64,000 nt of DNA. Origin: Macrostomum lignano. Taxonomy: Eukaryota. The notes under the pieces are model-generated. The model saw only the letters and a list, made by a program, of their open reading frames with translations, had not been told where the DNA came from and searched no databases. Made by a program: the position numbers and the translations under genes. Of the stretch, positions 11,790-23,353 are shown piece by piece (position 1 is the first letter of the stretch; every line of letters begins with the position of its first letter). The stretch lies in the NCBI GenBank assembly GCA_002269645.1, contig NIVC01001665.1, forward strand, positions 190,095-254,094. Direction: 5' to 3'.

Positions 11790-12620
11790 TCCAAGATGCA
11801 AAGAATGGGCGCGCCGACTCTATAGAGCCAACCTGAGGTTTGTTTTCATAAGTTTCCAATCAAGAGTCCTGAAAGGTACATGATATCAGTATTATGATAT
11901 CTTACGAGTATTTATTGTAGTCCCTTTTGACAGGTATGCCATAATAACTGTTTCATACAGATGCAAAGAATGGGCATGCCAACTCTACAGAGCCAACCTG
12001 CTTGGCAAAGCCAACGAGCACAAGTGGGCATGTGCCGTTGTGTGCAGCCTCCACTTCACTGATGAAATATACAGTTGCCCAAGACTTTGCCAAGAGCTAA
12101 GCACACAACTACAGCCCCAGATGCCACCAATACTTGCGTAGCATTGGCTTACAGCTTCCATCAAGAATGACGATTAGACGAAAAATTGGAACTTGCATGC
12201 ACCAGCCTGGAATTTGCCCAATAATTGAGGCAAATGCTGCTACTGCCGTTTAGTCAATGACAATCTGTAGATGGCGGTCTGTATGTACCAAGTGAAGCGT
12301 CTTGAAAGCAGTGTAAAAGATGGAGATAGTTTTTTTACCAGATTTGCAATGTGCAGGACTCGATTAGAATATGGAAGGGAATCAATATCAGTGCCCAAGT
12401 CCAGCCTGCAGCACAAGCAGCTGGTGCAACTGAGCTACATCTACACAACAATGAGTAGACAAATGAATGGCTTTCATCTCTCTCATCTAAGAAGTTTGCT
12501 GACTTTGAGCTGCCAGGAAGCGCAGAGCTCACAGTATGAGTATAGCTTTAGCAGAACAACAAAAGCTGCAATGCCTGTTATCTGCTCAAGTATAGGTTGC
12601 CTATTGTTTGAGGCTTAAAC
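11790..12620 (+). pseudogene. Degenerate THAP-domain / P-element-like transposase remnant (second copy ~16480-17308)
   Basis: Removing GT-AG intron 11876-11960 gives FHKFPIKSPERCKEWACQLYRANL...VVCSLHFT, which has the THAP FP..W..CSxHF pattern. Downstream GGLYVPSEAV-like text resembles the P-transposase C-terminus. Stops, frameshifts and a duplicated ~40-bp exon piece (11794-11835) are present. Confidence 0.6.
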
Positions 12621-14911
12621 TGCTGCTCATACTGCTGTTTTTAAACTGTTTTAGCTTGCGTTGAATGTTCATAGTTAATATCTACATTTTCATGTCGCTA
12701 CAGCTGCAAATATACAATCGTGACCTTCTGTCCATAAAAATGTTTACCCTCAAATGGACGTATAAAATAGTTACTACTTATCAAAGTTCAGTACTACTTA
12801 TCTTTTCTTCACCTCAGGAGTAGTGTCTATGGTTTTTTGTTTATTTTGGCTTTTGATTTGGAAGCTGATTGAGCATTCTGGTGTATTCTGAGGTTCCTAG
12901 TTGTATGTAAGTTAACCTTGATTATTCAGTTAATAAACTATTAATTTTACAAAGAACAGGCTTCATATTCTCTATGCAGATAGTATAAATTTAAATTAGG
13001 CCTAAAGTTGCAAATTGTTTTGATGGTAATGGTAAACAAAAACATGTTGCTACTATGACTGAGTTGAGATCCTTAGGCCTATATAGCCAATATAATACAA
13101 TATAACAATTTAGTAAATGTAGCATTGTCCAATACTGGGACAATGGCAATTTAGGTAATTTAATTGTTTTTCTTGTAAACCATATGACAATCTCAAATCT
13201 GACAATTTTAGCTAGAATGGAACCCTTGAGCTACCCTTGCCTTACCCTTACTTCCCTCACTTTGCTCTGCCCTAGGCTAAATTTGCTTTGAATTTTCAAT
13301 GAAAAAGCCAACTTTCTGAGCATGGCAATAAGTTTTTAACTTATATAGGCCCCTAACTTTTAATTTTAATCACAAAGTCATGAATTTTTTTAAAATAGCC
13401 AATTTATATGACTAGGCCTAGGGACCTATGGCTATGGGTATAAATATTAGTATAAAAAAGAAATAGAGCTTATAAATGCAATTATATTTACCTGTTTGTT
13501 CTATTAACCCTAGACTGTTAACACAATTGCTGCATGTATGATCACAATTGGCATGGCTACATGGTACAATCTTATCAACAATACTTAAGGGTAGTTTTAA
13601 AGCATCTGTTGGTTCTTCCTCAACATTTTTTAAATTTGAAGCATTATTTTCTGCAGCTCCACTGTGAATGCCATTTAATCCTTGAGTTGGAACACTAGTA
13701 CTCCTTTGCATTGCAATAGCATAATATATGAATATTATATTTTTGTAAGGTATGTCAAACGAATTTATTAACTCAAATGTTTCAGTTAAAAAAACAGCAC
13801 TTCAAATAGTTGGATTGGATTTGGAACAACGAAGATTATGGCTTGAATTTATACCATACAATTTTACTATGTAATTAAGGTCACGAAACTTGACAACAGT
13901 AGCGCCTACAAGTAGTTTTAACTGTAGTCCAATTTGTGAGCCTTTAACTGCTTTATCGGTTTATCCTTCGGTTTTCACTACGATTTCTTTTAGATTTCTA
14001 TGAAAGAGATCTTCCGTATATGTTTATGAGTTAATAATAGTTATTAAAACCAAATTAGAAATAAGTAAAAAAATAATGTATTAAACAAGTAAAAATTAAT
14101 TTTTATTCGTTTTAATTTTGAAACACTAGATAACAACCATATATTTAAAGCATAAAAATGTAATAGATTTTTGTTTTAAATGAGAAAAGTAATTAACGAA
14201 TATATTCTGTATTTGGATATTTCACAAATCCTTTTTTGTAAGGATTATCGAGTTGTGCACGTGAAACTTCGATTTTAAACTCAAAATCACTTAAGAATCG
14301 CAAAGCTAATGCAAATGAAAACCAAAATGCAATGCAAATGAAAATTTACGAAGCAACCATTGTGCATTTTTACATGTACATCATATAACTGATGGTTTCG
14401 TTTCCTTACATGATTTCGTTTGTACTGTACATTCCATAAGTAAAGAGGCGGCAGACTTTAAAAAAGACAGAAGTGGGGAGCTACAAGTAGTTAGATTCCA
14501 GTCACTCGAGAGCGATAATTAATGTCCTTAATGCGCACTTACATCATGCAACTTGTTATTTTCAGTACAAAAAGCAGTCATGTGACAATATAAATTCTGC
14601 TTTTCTAAAAACAGCATAGAGCGAGAAGTTCCACTTTAACTGAGCACACCTTAGCTAAGTCTAGCTTTTTCTAATGTGCGCAACTAACCAATTTAATATA
14701 ACTATATGAAATATGAATTTCAGCCGTATGACTGGCATATTTTTATTTTTTGACGAAAAAAGTAGTTAAATCACATTGTCACCGTCTAATCGGCCACAAC
14801 TCGATGCTTTTTCGTGCTCGTGCAATTAATTCTGTTTGTACCCTCGGTTAGCTGCACTGAAACGAAAACATGTATTTTTGAGACCATGCAGCTTTATTTC
14901 AAGGACCACTG

Positions 14912-15044
14912 TACGAGGGGCACTGCAAAAGTTCTTAGCTACATCTAAACAGAAGCAGCTATGAAGCTGAAATTTTCACAGCTTCTCAAGTATTTCTCCA
15001 CCAGCCTGGATGCAGCGCCTCATCCTCTGAAACCAGGTGACGAA
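14912..15044 (-). mobile_element. Terminal fragment of the mariner element, cut by the assembly gap
   Basis: TA-CGAGGGGCACTGCAAAAG terminus, essentially identical to 19601-19733. Confidence 0.9.
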
Positions 15045-18000
15045 NNNNNNTGTTTGTTTTTTTAATATATATATTTTTCACAGGGAAAAATATATATATA
15101 AATATATATTAAAAAACAAACAATTCAAAGTAACTTTTTAAATGACTTACTTAGTTTGTTTCTCAGTTATTGTAGTAAAAAATTGTCAAAACAATGTGTT
15201 ATTGAAATCAATTATTATCAAAATTATCTACATCCCTTGGCCTTGAATTGAGTTCTATTTTAGTTAGACTTAGACTTACAGTATAATAAAAAAATCATAA
15301 TATTAATTAGTAATAATATAGACTATTAAAATCAACATGTCTATACAGTTTGCTAGCAGGAAATCTACTAGCTGAAGCTTGCTAGCAAGGATTTTGTTAG
15401 CTGAAATCTGCTAGCAGGAATCTAATCAAAACCAGTGAGCAGCAATTTGGTTAGCCAAACTTAATATAATACAATTCTAAATTACAAGAATTTGAATGCA
15501 CTTCATATACAAAATGTGTTTGTTAAAAACACGTTAAAATGTGGCTGCTTTGGTCAAGATAAACCTATTTTCTTTTTTGAAGTATTTAGGAAAAGGCTGA
15601 TCAGACTAAAATTATAAGCAGGCCCAACAAAACAATCAAAATTTTTTTTCAAAACAGGTAGTTTAGGTAGTTAAGTTTTAAATACTTATATATAACTCTT
15701 AGTCTAAATAGCTAGCAGTAGCAGTATGAGCTATTTACTTGTATGAATCAAGGTGGCTCAAATTAGAATCAAAACATACAATAAATAAAAAGAGCAAGGC
15801 AGCAAGTTTGGCTAGCAAATTCCTAGCTACTAGCATATTTTGGTTAGCTAGCTTCCTACTACCAAATATTGGCTAGCCATATATATTGTCATATTCAAAA
15901 TTGTCATATGATAATGACAACTTGACCAAATCCATAAGACTAACATTTAAATATGACAACCTTGAGTCTTGACTACAGGGCAAGGCAGGGAATTAGATTA
16001 GGAAAAAATAGATCAGTCAATTAAGAAAATAATAAAAACTAATAATGGTAACCTCAACACAAAAAAATAAGTCAAATTTTTAGAAATGGAATACAATTCA
16101 ATAAAATAGTGTATTTTTCAGAACCTTAAAATAAATTTACATACATACAAGTAATTCATATTATTGCAAAGGAATATTATCCAAAATAAAATTTCTGATA
16201 CAGAATACACCAGAATGCTCAATCAAGCTCCTTGTGAAAAATTTTTGAGGCAAAAACTATTCACTAGCTATGCTACTTCTAAGGTGAAGTGATTTGTGAG
16301 TAGTGCTGGCTTTTTTTCATCAACCAGTGTTGAGATTGATTTTGCCATAGACGATGTTTTTCGCTTGTCTTTCCATCTATCTATCCTATCTATTTGATGC
16401 CTAGTGTATAATAACTCAGCTTAGTTACCTGCATTCCTTAGATTTATACCCTTTTTGGCCACTTCAAATAAATTGATGTCCAAGATGCGAAGAATGGGCG
16501 CGCCGACTCTATAGAGCCAACCTGAGGTTTGTTTTCATAAGTTTCCAATCAAGAGTCCTGAAAGGTACATGATATCAGTATTATGATATCTTACGAGTAT
16601 TTATTGTAGTCCCTTTTGACAGGTATGCCATAATAACTGTTTCATACAGATGCAAAGAATGGGCATGCCAACTCTACAGAGCCAACCTGCTTGGCAAAGC
16701 CAACGAGCACAAGTGGGCATGTGCCGTTGTGTGCAGCCTCCACTTCACTGATGAAATATACAGTTGCCCAAGACTTTGCCAAGAGCTAAGCACACAACTA
16801 CAGCCCCAGATGCCACCAATACTTGCGTAGCATTGGCTTACAGCTTCCATCAAGAATGACGATTAGACGAAAAATTGGAACTTGCATGGCACAGCCTGGA
16901 ATTTGCCCAATAATTGAGGCAAATGCTGCTACTGCCGTTTAGTCAATGACAATCTGTAGATGGCGGTCTGTATGTACCAAGTGAAGCAGTCTTGAAAGCA
17001 GTGTAAAAGATGGAGATAGTTTTTTTACCAGATTTGCAATGTGCAGGACTCGATTAGAATATGGAAGGGAATCGATATCAGTGCCCAAGTCCAGCCTGCA
17101 GCACAAGCAGCTGGTGCAACTGAGCTACATCTACACAACAGTGAGTAGACAAATGAATGGCTTTCATCTCTCTCATCTAAGAAGTTTGCTGACTTTGAGC
17201 TGCCAGGAAGCGCAGAGCTCACAGTATGAGTATAGCTTTAGCAGAACAACAAAAGCTGCAATGCCTGTTATCTGCTCAAGTATAGGTTGCCTGTTGTTTG
17301 AGGCTTAAACTGCTGCTCATACTGCTGTTTTTAAACTGTTTTAGCTTGCGTTGAATGTTCATAGTTAATATCTACATTTTCATGTCGCTACAGCTGCAAA
17401 TATACAATCGTGACCTTCTGTCCATAAAAATGTTTACCCTCAAATGGACGTATAAAATAGTTACTACTTATCAAAGTTCAGTACTACTTATCTTTTCTTC
17501 ACCTCAGGAGTAGTGTCTATGGTTTTTTGTTTATTTTGGCTTTTGATTTGGAAGCTGATTGAGCATTCTGGTGTATTCTGAGGTTCCTAGTTGTATATAA
17601 GTTAACCTTGATTATTCAGTTAATAAACTATTAATTTTACAAAGAACAGGCTTCATATTCTCTATGCAGATAGTATAAATTTAAATTAGGCCTAAAGTTG
17701 CAAATTGTTTTGATGGTAATGGTAAACAAAAACATGTTGCTACTATGACTGAGTTGAGATCCTTAGGCCTATATAGCCAATATAATACAATATAACAATT
17801 TAGTAAATGTAGCATTGTCCAATACTGGGACAATGGCAATTTAGGTAATTTAATTGTTTTTCTTGTAAACCATATGACAATCTCAAATCTGACAATTTTA
17901 GCTAGAATGGAACCCTTGAGCTACCCTTGCCTTACCCTTACTTCCCTCACTTTGCTCTGCCCCAGGCTAAATTTGCTTTGAATTTTCAATGAAAAAGCCA

Positions 18001-19600
18001 ACTTTCTGAGCATGGCAATAAGTTTTTAACTTATATAAGCCCCTAACTTTTAATTTTAATCACAAAGTCATGAATTTTTTTAAAATAGCCAATTTATATG
18101 ACTAGGCCTAGGGACCTATGGCTATGGGTATAAATATTAGTATAAAAAAGAAATAGAGCTTATAAATGCAATTATATTTACCTGTTTGTTCTATTAACCC
18201 TAGACTGTTAACACAATTGCTGCATGTATGATCACAATTGGCATGGCTACATGGTACAATCTTATCAACAATACTTAAGGGTAGTTTTAAAGCATCTGTT
18301 GGTTCTTCCTCAACATTTTTTAAATTTGAAGCATTATTTTCTGCAGCTCCACTGTGAATGCCATTTAATCCTTGAGTTGGAACACTAGTACTCCTTTGCA
18401 TTGCAATAGCATAATATATGAATATTATATTTTTGTAAGGTATGTCAAACGAATTTATTAACTCAAATGTTTCAGTAAAAAGACAGCACTTCAAATAGTT
18501 GGATTGGATTTGGAACAACGAAGATTATGGCTTGAATTTATACCATACAATTTTACTATGTAATTAAGGTCACGAAACTTGACAACAGTAGCGCCTACAA
18601 GTAGTTTTAACTGTAGTCCAATTTGTGAGCCTTTAACTGCTTTATCGGTTTATCCTTCGGTTTTCACTACGATTTCTTTTAGATTTCTATGAAAGAGATC
18701 TTCCGTATATGTTTATGAGTCATTAATAGTTATTAAAACCAAATTAGAAATAAGTAAAAAAATAATGTATTAAACAAGTAAAAAGTTAATTTTTATTCGT
18801 TTTAATTTTGAAACACTAGATAACAACCATATATTTAAAGCATAAAAATGTAATAGATTTTTGTTTTAAATGAGAAAAGTAATTAACGAATATATTCTGT
18901 ATTTGGATATTTCACAAATCCTTTTTTGTAAGGATTATCGAGTTGTGCACGTGAAACTTCGATTTTAAACTCAAAATCACTTAAGAATCGCAAAGCTAAT
19001 GCAAATGAAAACCAAAATGCAATGCAAATGAAAATTTACGAAGCAACCATTGTGCATTTTTACATGTACATCATATAACTGATGGTTTCGTTTCCTTACA
19101 TGATTTCGTTTGTACTGTACATTCCATAAGTAAAGAGGCGGCAGACTTTAAAAAAGACAGAAGTGGGGAGCTACAAGTAGTTAGATTCCAGTCACTCGAG
19201 AGCGATAATTAATGTCCTTAATGCGCACTTACATCATGCAACTTGTTATTTTCAGTACAAAAAGCAGTCATGTGACAATATAAATTCTGCTTTTCTAAAA
19301 CAGCATAGAGCGAGAAGTTCCACTTTAACTGAGCACACCTTAGCTAAGTCTAGCTTTTTCTAATGTGCGCAACTAACCAATTTAATATAACTATATGAAA
19401 TATGAATTTCAGCCGTATGACTGGCATATTTTTATTTTTTGACGAAAAAAGTAGTTAAATCACATTGTCACCGTCTAATCGGCCACAACTCGATGCTTTT
19501 TCGTGCTCGTGCAATTAATTCTGTTTGTACCCTCGGTTAGCTGCACTGAAACGAAAACATGTATTTTTGAGACCATGCAGCTTTATTTCAAGGACCACTG

Positions 19601-20886
19601 TACGAGGGGCACTGCAAAAGTTCTTAGCTACATCTAAACAGAAGCAGCTATGAAGCTGAAATTTTCACAGCTTCTCAAAGTATTCTCCACCAGCCTGGAT
19701 GCAGCGCCTCATCCTCTGAAACCAGGTGACGAAGCAGCTAGTGGTGCCACTCGGAAGTCGACATCCCTTCACCATCTCGTCGAATGCATCAACAGCCTCC
19801 TCTGCAGTCGAACATCGCCGCGGCCACGCAGGGAGTCCTTGACTTTAGGGAATTATGAAAAAGTCACAAGGTGCCATGCAGATTAGGCGAGTATGGCGGG
19901 TGACTGGTCAGCTGCAGTCTCTGAGACTGCAGGAACGGCCTTGTTGCCTGAGCCGTGTGAGCGCTCGCTTTGTCCTGAGGCCTCGGACATCGGTCTTTGG
20001 TCGCGTCCTGCTCAGGCTGTGGATAACCTGCGGCGACCAGACACCGGTATACCAGGCCGCAGTCACCGTGCGCTGGTCCAGCAGCCGCACAGTCGCCGCG
20101 TGAAGTTGCGACCATCTGCTTGCCGGTGCTCCTGCCTTGCACGACTTCGTTAGCGGCACCTCGTCTGGAAACGCCCGCACCTACGACTGGCACTTGCACT
20201 TTGGCTCGTAGCAGTATACTTAAGTCTCGTCGCATGTCACGATGTCAGTGACCGCTTTCGACGCTGCATCGCTGTACTTTTGTAGCATCTGGCGGCACCA
20301 ATCGACCCTGGCCTGTTTCTGCTTAGGCTGCGCCAGGTGGGGCACCCAGCGACTGGTCAGCTTGCGCAAGCCGATGTGGTCGTGAAGGATTTTAGCGATT
20401 GCCGGCGAATGGATGCCTCGATCTCCTTGTAGTTTATCCGCCTGACAGCTTCAACCAGCTGGCGGACACGAGCCACTGTTTCTGGTGTCGTGGCAGTTGA
20501 AGGTCGGCCTGTACGCTCCTCATTTTCCAACGAGTCTCGGCCACAACGAAACTCGCGGAACCAGTTGCTGACCGTTGCACGCGATGGAGCAGCTTCTGCG
20601 AAAGCCACTACTGACAGCCTTTCGTGGCATTGGTGGCAATCAAGGCCGCTGCGATCGTCATAAAAAATCATAGCACAAAAGTGCTCGCGATTCAGTTTCA
20701 TGAGCTCCTCCGGAAAGTGGGCAGAGGTGTTGAAGTTATCTGGCTCTAGCGGCTGAATTCTGCAAGATATTTGCGTGAAGTTTTATCCATCATAGTCATT
20801 TGTATTGTCCTGTAAGCCTGTGAAAAATGAAGCTGATAGGACGAATAGCTGAGGTGTGGCTAAAAACTGTTGCAGTGCCCCTCGTA
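19601..20886 (-). mobile_element. Mariner (Tc1/mariner) DNA transposon, ~1.28 kb, with decayed transposase
   Basis: TA-flanked TIRs CGAGGGGCACTGCAA. Minus-strand pieces include an HTH (PSRATVSNWFREFRCGRDSLENEERTGRP), RWVPH, IVTCDET and HPPYSPNL, with frameshifts and stops. Confidence 0.93.
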
Positions 20887-21324
20887 TATAGCTATATACA
20901 GTGGTCCTTGCTTTATTTGCGTTCCTTCAAAGCTCATCGTTGTTTTTTATTTTAAACGTTTGAAGCTAATGTAAGTAGCTAATAGACTTGTAAAATGAAC
21001 CTGCATGAAGTGTAGGTTTCAAGTCTGACTGACACTGGCGGTGTCAGTGTTACTGAAGTGTACAGTCAGTTTTAATTAAGTTTAGGTACAAACATACATG
21101 TAATTTTTTATTCTATAAAAAAGCATTATCCAACCTAGTTTATCTATTTAGTAAATTTTTTGTCTATACATGTAGTCAGAGACTATTTAACTATGTAATG
21201 GTGCAGATTTTTGTGAGAAACATCATTCATAACCATGTTGTATGCGGATGTACTATCGTAGTTGTATAATGCTAAATACGTGTCGTGTAAGTTACTCGTA
21301 GACGCGAAAGAAATACCAACAAAC

Positions 21325-21790
21325 TTCTGCTATCTGGGGTTGCTTGCTATCTGGGGTTGCTTGCTATCTGGGGTTGCTTGCTATCTGGGGTTGCTTGCTA
21401 TCTGGGGTTGCTTGCTATCTGGGGTTGCTTGCTATCTGGGGTTGCTTGCTATCTGGGGTTGCTTGCTATCTGGGGTTGCTTGCTATCTGGGGTTGCTTGC
21501 TATCTGGGGTTGCTTGCTATCTGGGGTTGCTTGCTATCTGGGGTTGCTTGCTATCTGGGGGATGCTTTCTATTCAGGGGAATGCCTGCTATCTGGGGGAT
21601 GCTTTCTATTCAGGGGAATGCCTGCTATCTGGGGGATGCTTTCTATTCAGGGGAATGCCTGCTATCTGGGGGATGCTTTATATTCAGGGGGAATGCCTGC
21701 TATCTGGGGGATGCTTTATATTCAGGGGGAATGCCTGCTATCTGGGGGATGCTTTATATTCAGGGGGAATGCCTGCTATCTGGGGGATGT
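21325..21790 (+). repeat. Compound minisatellite: 17-bp GCTTGCTATCTGGGGTT array grading into a 33/34-bp derivative
   Basis: Read directly. The unit changes at ~21560 while keeping TGCTATCTGGGG. Confidence 0.95.
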
Positions 21791-22466
21791 CTTTTACCTT
21801 GAAGTATTCAGGCGGAATGCCTGCTATCTTTAGTGAAGGTTTTTTGGCTTTATTTTCTTCTTTGTTACTTTTGGCAAAAAGAGATTCATAGCCAACATCT
21901 TTGTCCATGACAATTTTACTCGAATAAGGTGATTTATAAAACTGAAGAAGGAATTGGTTCTTAAAAACATGTGCTTTTTTAATGGATTTGCATGAATAAT
22001 TTTTGCTCCCTGCTTATTGGCCGAAAGGGGGCACTATAGATTGCTAACTTCTAAACACAGGTATAATCAGTACAGTCAAACTTGCGATCCAAGGCAATCC
22101 GGAGCAGCATTCAGCTGCAGCTACGCGCACTCGTGTTTGGCCATTATTTCAGCCCCTTACCTACTACGCTACGCGCACTCGTGTTTGGCCATTATTTCAG
22201 CCCCTTACCTACTACGCAATCTACCATTGTCTATAAGACACAGCCTGGCCATTATTTCAGCGTGCCGGAAGCGGTCATTATTTCAGGGTAAGAGTCTGCG
22301 TGCGTGCGACTGCGTAAAGAGGGCGGTGGTTGGGCCATAGACTATAAATGAAAAAGCTGTTGGGCCATAGACTATAAATGAATAAGCTGATGATAGGCTT
22401 GAGCTGACGAGAAGTAGAGATAGTCGAGATCGAGGATTAACAGAGCTGTCTTTTCTTTTTTCGGCT

Positions 22467-22862
22467 ATGGCGCTTATCAACACGAGGGACAACAGCTTTT
22501 TCCCTAAACCATTAGCCAACGATTATTCAACGGGTGGCATTCGCTTCTCAGACAAGATGGTTCGAGGATTTAATTGGATGGCTGGCTTCATGCAGAAATT
22601 AAGCCAAACATGTGCTCTATCCCGTGTCTACTCAAACCACTGCATTCGGGTCACCAGGATATCAGATCTCCGTGATGCTGGACATGACATGAGCGACATA
22701 ATGTGTATCACAGGCCAGAAAAGCGAACGAACTGTCCGTAGGTACTTGTCACATAAACGGGACCGAGCCGTGCGTGCAGCCTCGACAGCAATAAGCAGTG
22801 CTCTGAAGAGAGCACCTGAGCAGCATGAGACACTGGCAAATAAGCAGTGTTGTCACAACTAG
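22467..22862 (+). pseudogene. Tyrosine recombinase C-terminal fragment, Crypton-type (DUF3504-like)
   Basis: YSNHCIRVTRISDLRDAG...IMCITGQKSERTVRRY matches the HxxR ... TG(H/W) ... Y catalytic boxes, with His replaced by Gln. The N-terminal part is absent. Confidence 0.78.
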
Positions 22863-23353
22863 CAGTGCAACCTCCTATGCTTCAGTGGACGTGAGACAGG
22901 AGACGCGGATGAAGCATGGTAAGTACATGTACATTAAGTTGTAAGTAAATTAGCGGCTATACTATTGGTTATATAGAAACTGTGAATTTTTTACAATACC
23001 CATTAATCTGCAGGTCGGATGGATTCGGAAAGTGCAGTTCGGTTTTTCGAGAATTGCCACTTCAAGGATTGCACATTTAATTTTTAATGAGCAACTTCTG
23101 ATGAACAGACTACGACTACTATGTTGTTTTTGTGTTAGGCGCGTTTTCTGCTAAATAGTTTTGTGGCTAAATAGTTTTGACTATCATTTTTCTTCTCACT
23201 AATATTACTATTGTTATGATTATCATTACTGTGAACATTATTCCCTTATGCCAGTTAATATATGAATACTTTAACTAATCGTCTATGGTTCAAACGTCTG
23301 TTAAAGCTGAAATAATGGCCAGTTGAGTTTGTCATTACGCCAGGCTGTGTCTT

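Larger units (their letters stand above)
10361..19733 (+). repeat. Direct 4.69-kb duplication (10361-15044 and 15051-~19733) separated by a 6-N gap
   Basis: ORFs recur at a +4690 offset (12335/17025, 13418/18108). The copies differ by scattered SNPs and 1-bp indels. Confidence 0.95.

Noticed and set aside
12271-13711. Short ORFs in the duplicated block (12271-12618, 12335-12532, 13418-13711 and their copies) as genes
   Set aside because: No recognisable domain beyond the degraded THAP/P remnant. Identity between copies reflects the duplication, not selection.
21262-21891. Cys/Gly-rich repetitive ORFs
   Set aside because: Minisatellite translations in all three frames, with no splice or domain support.
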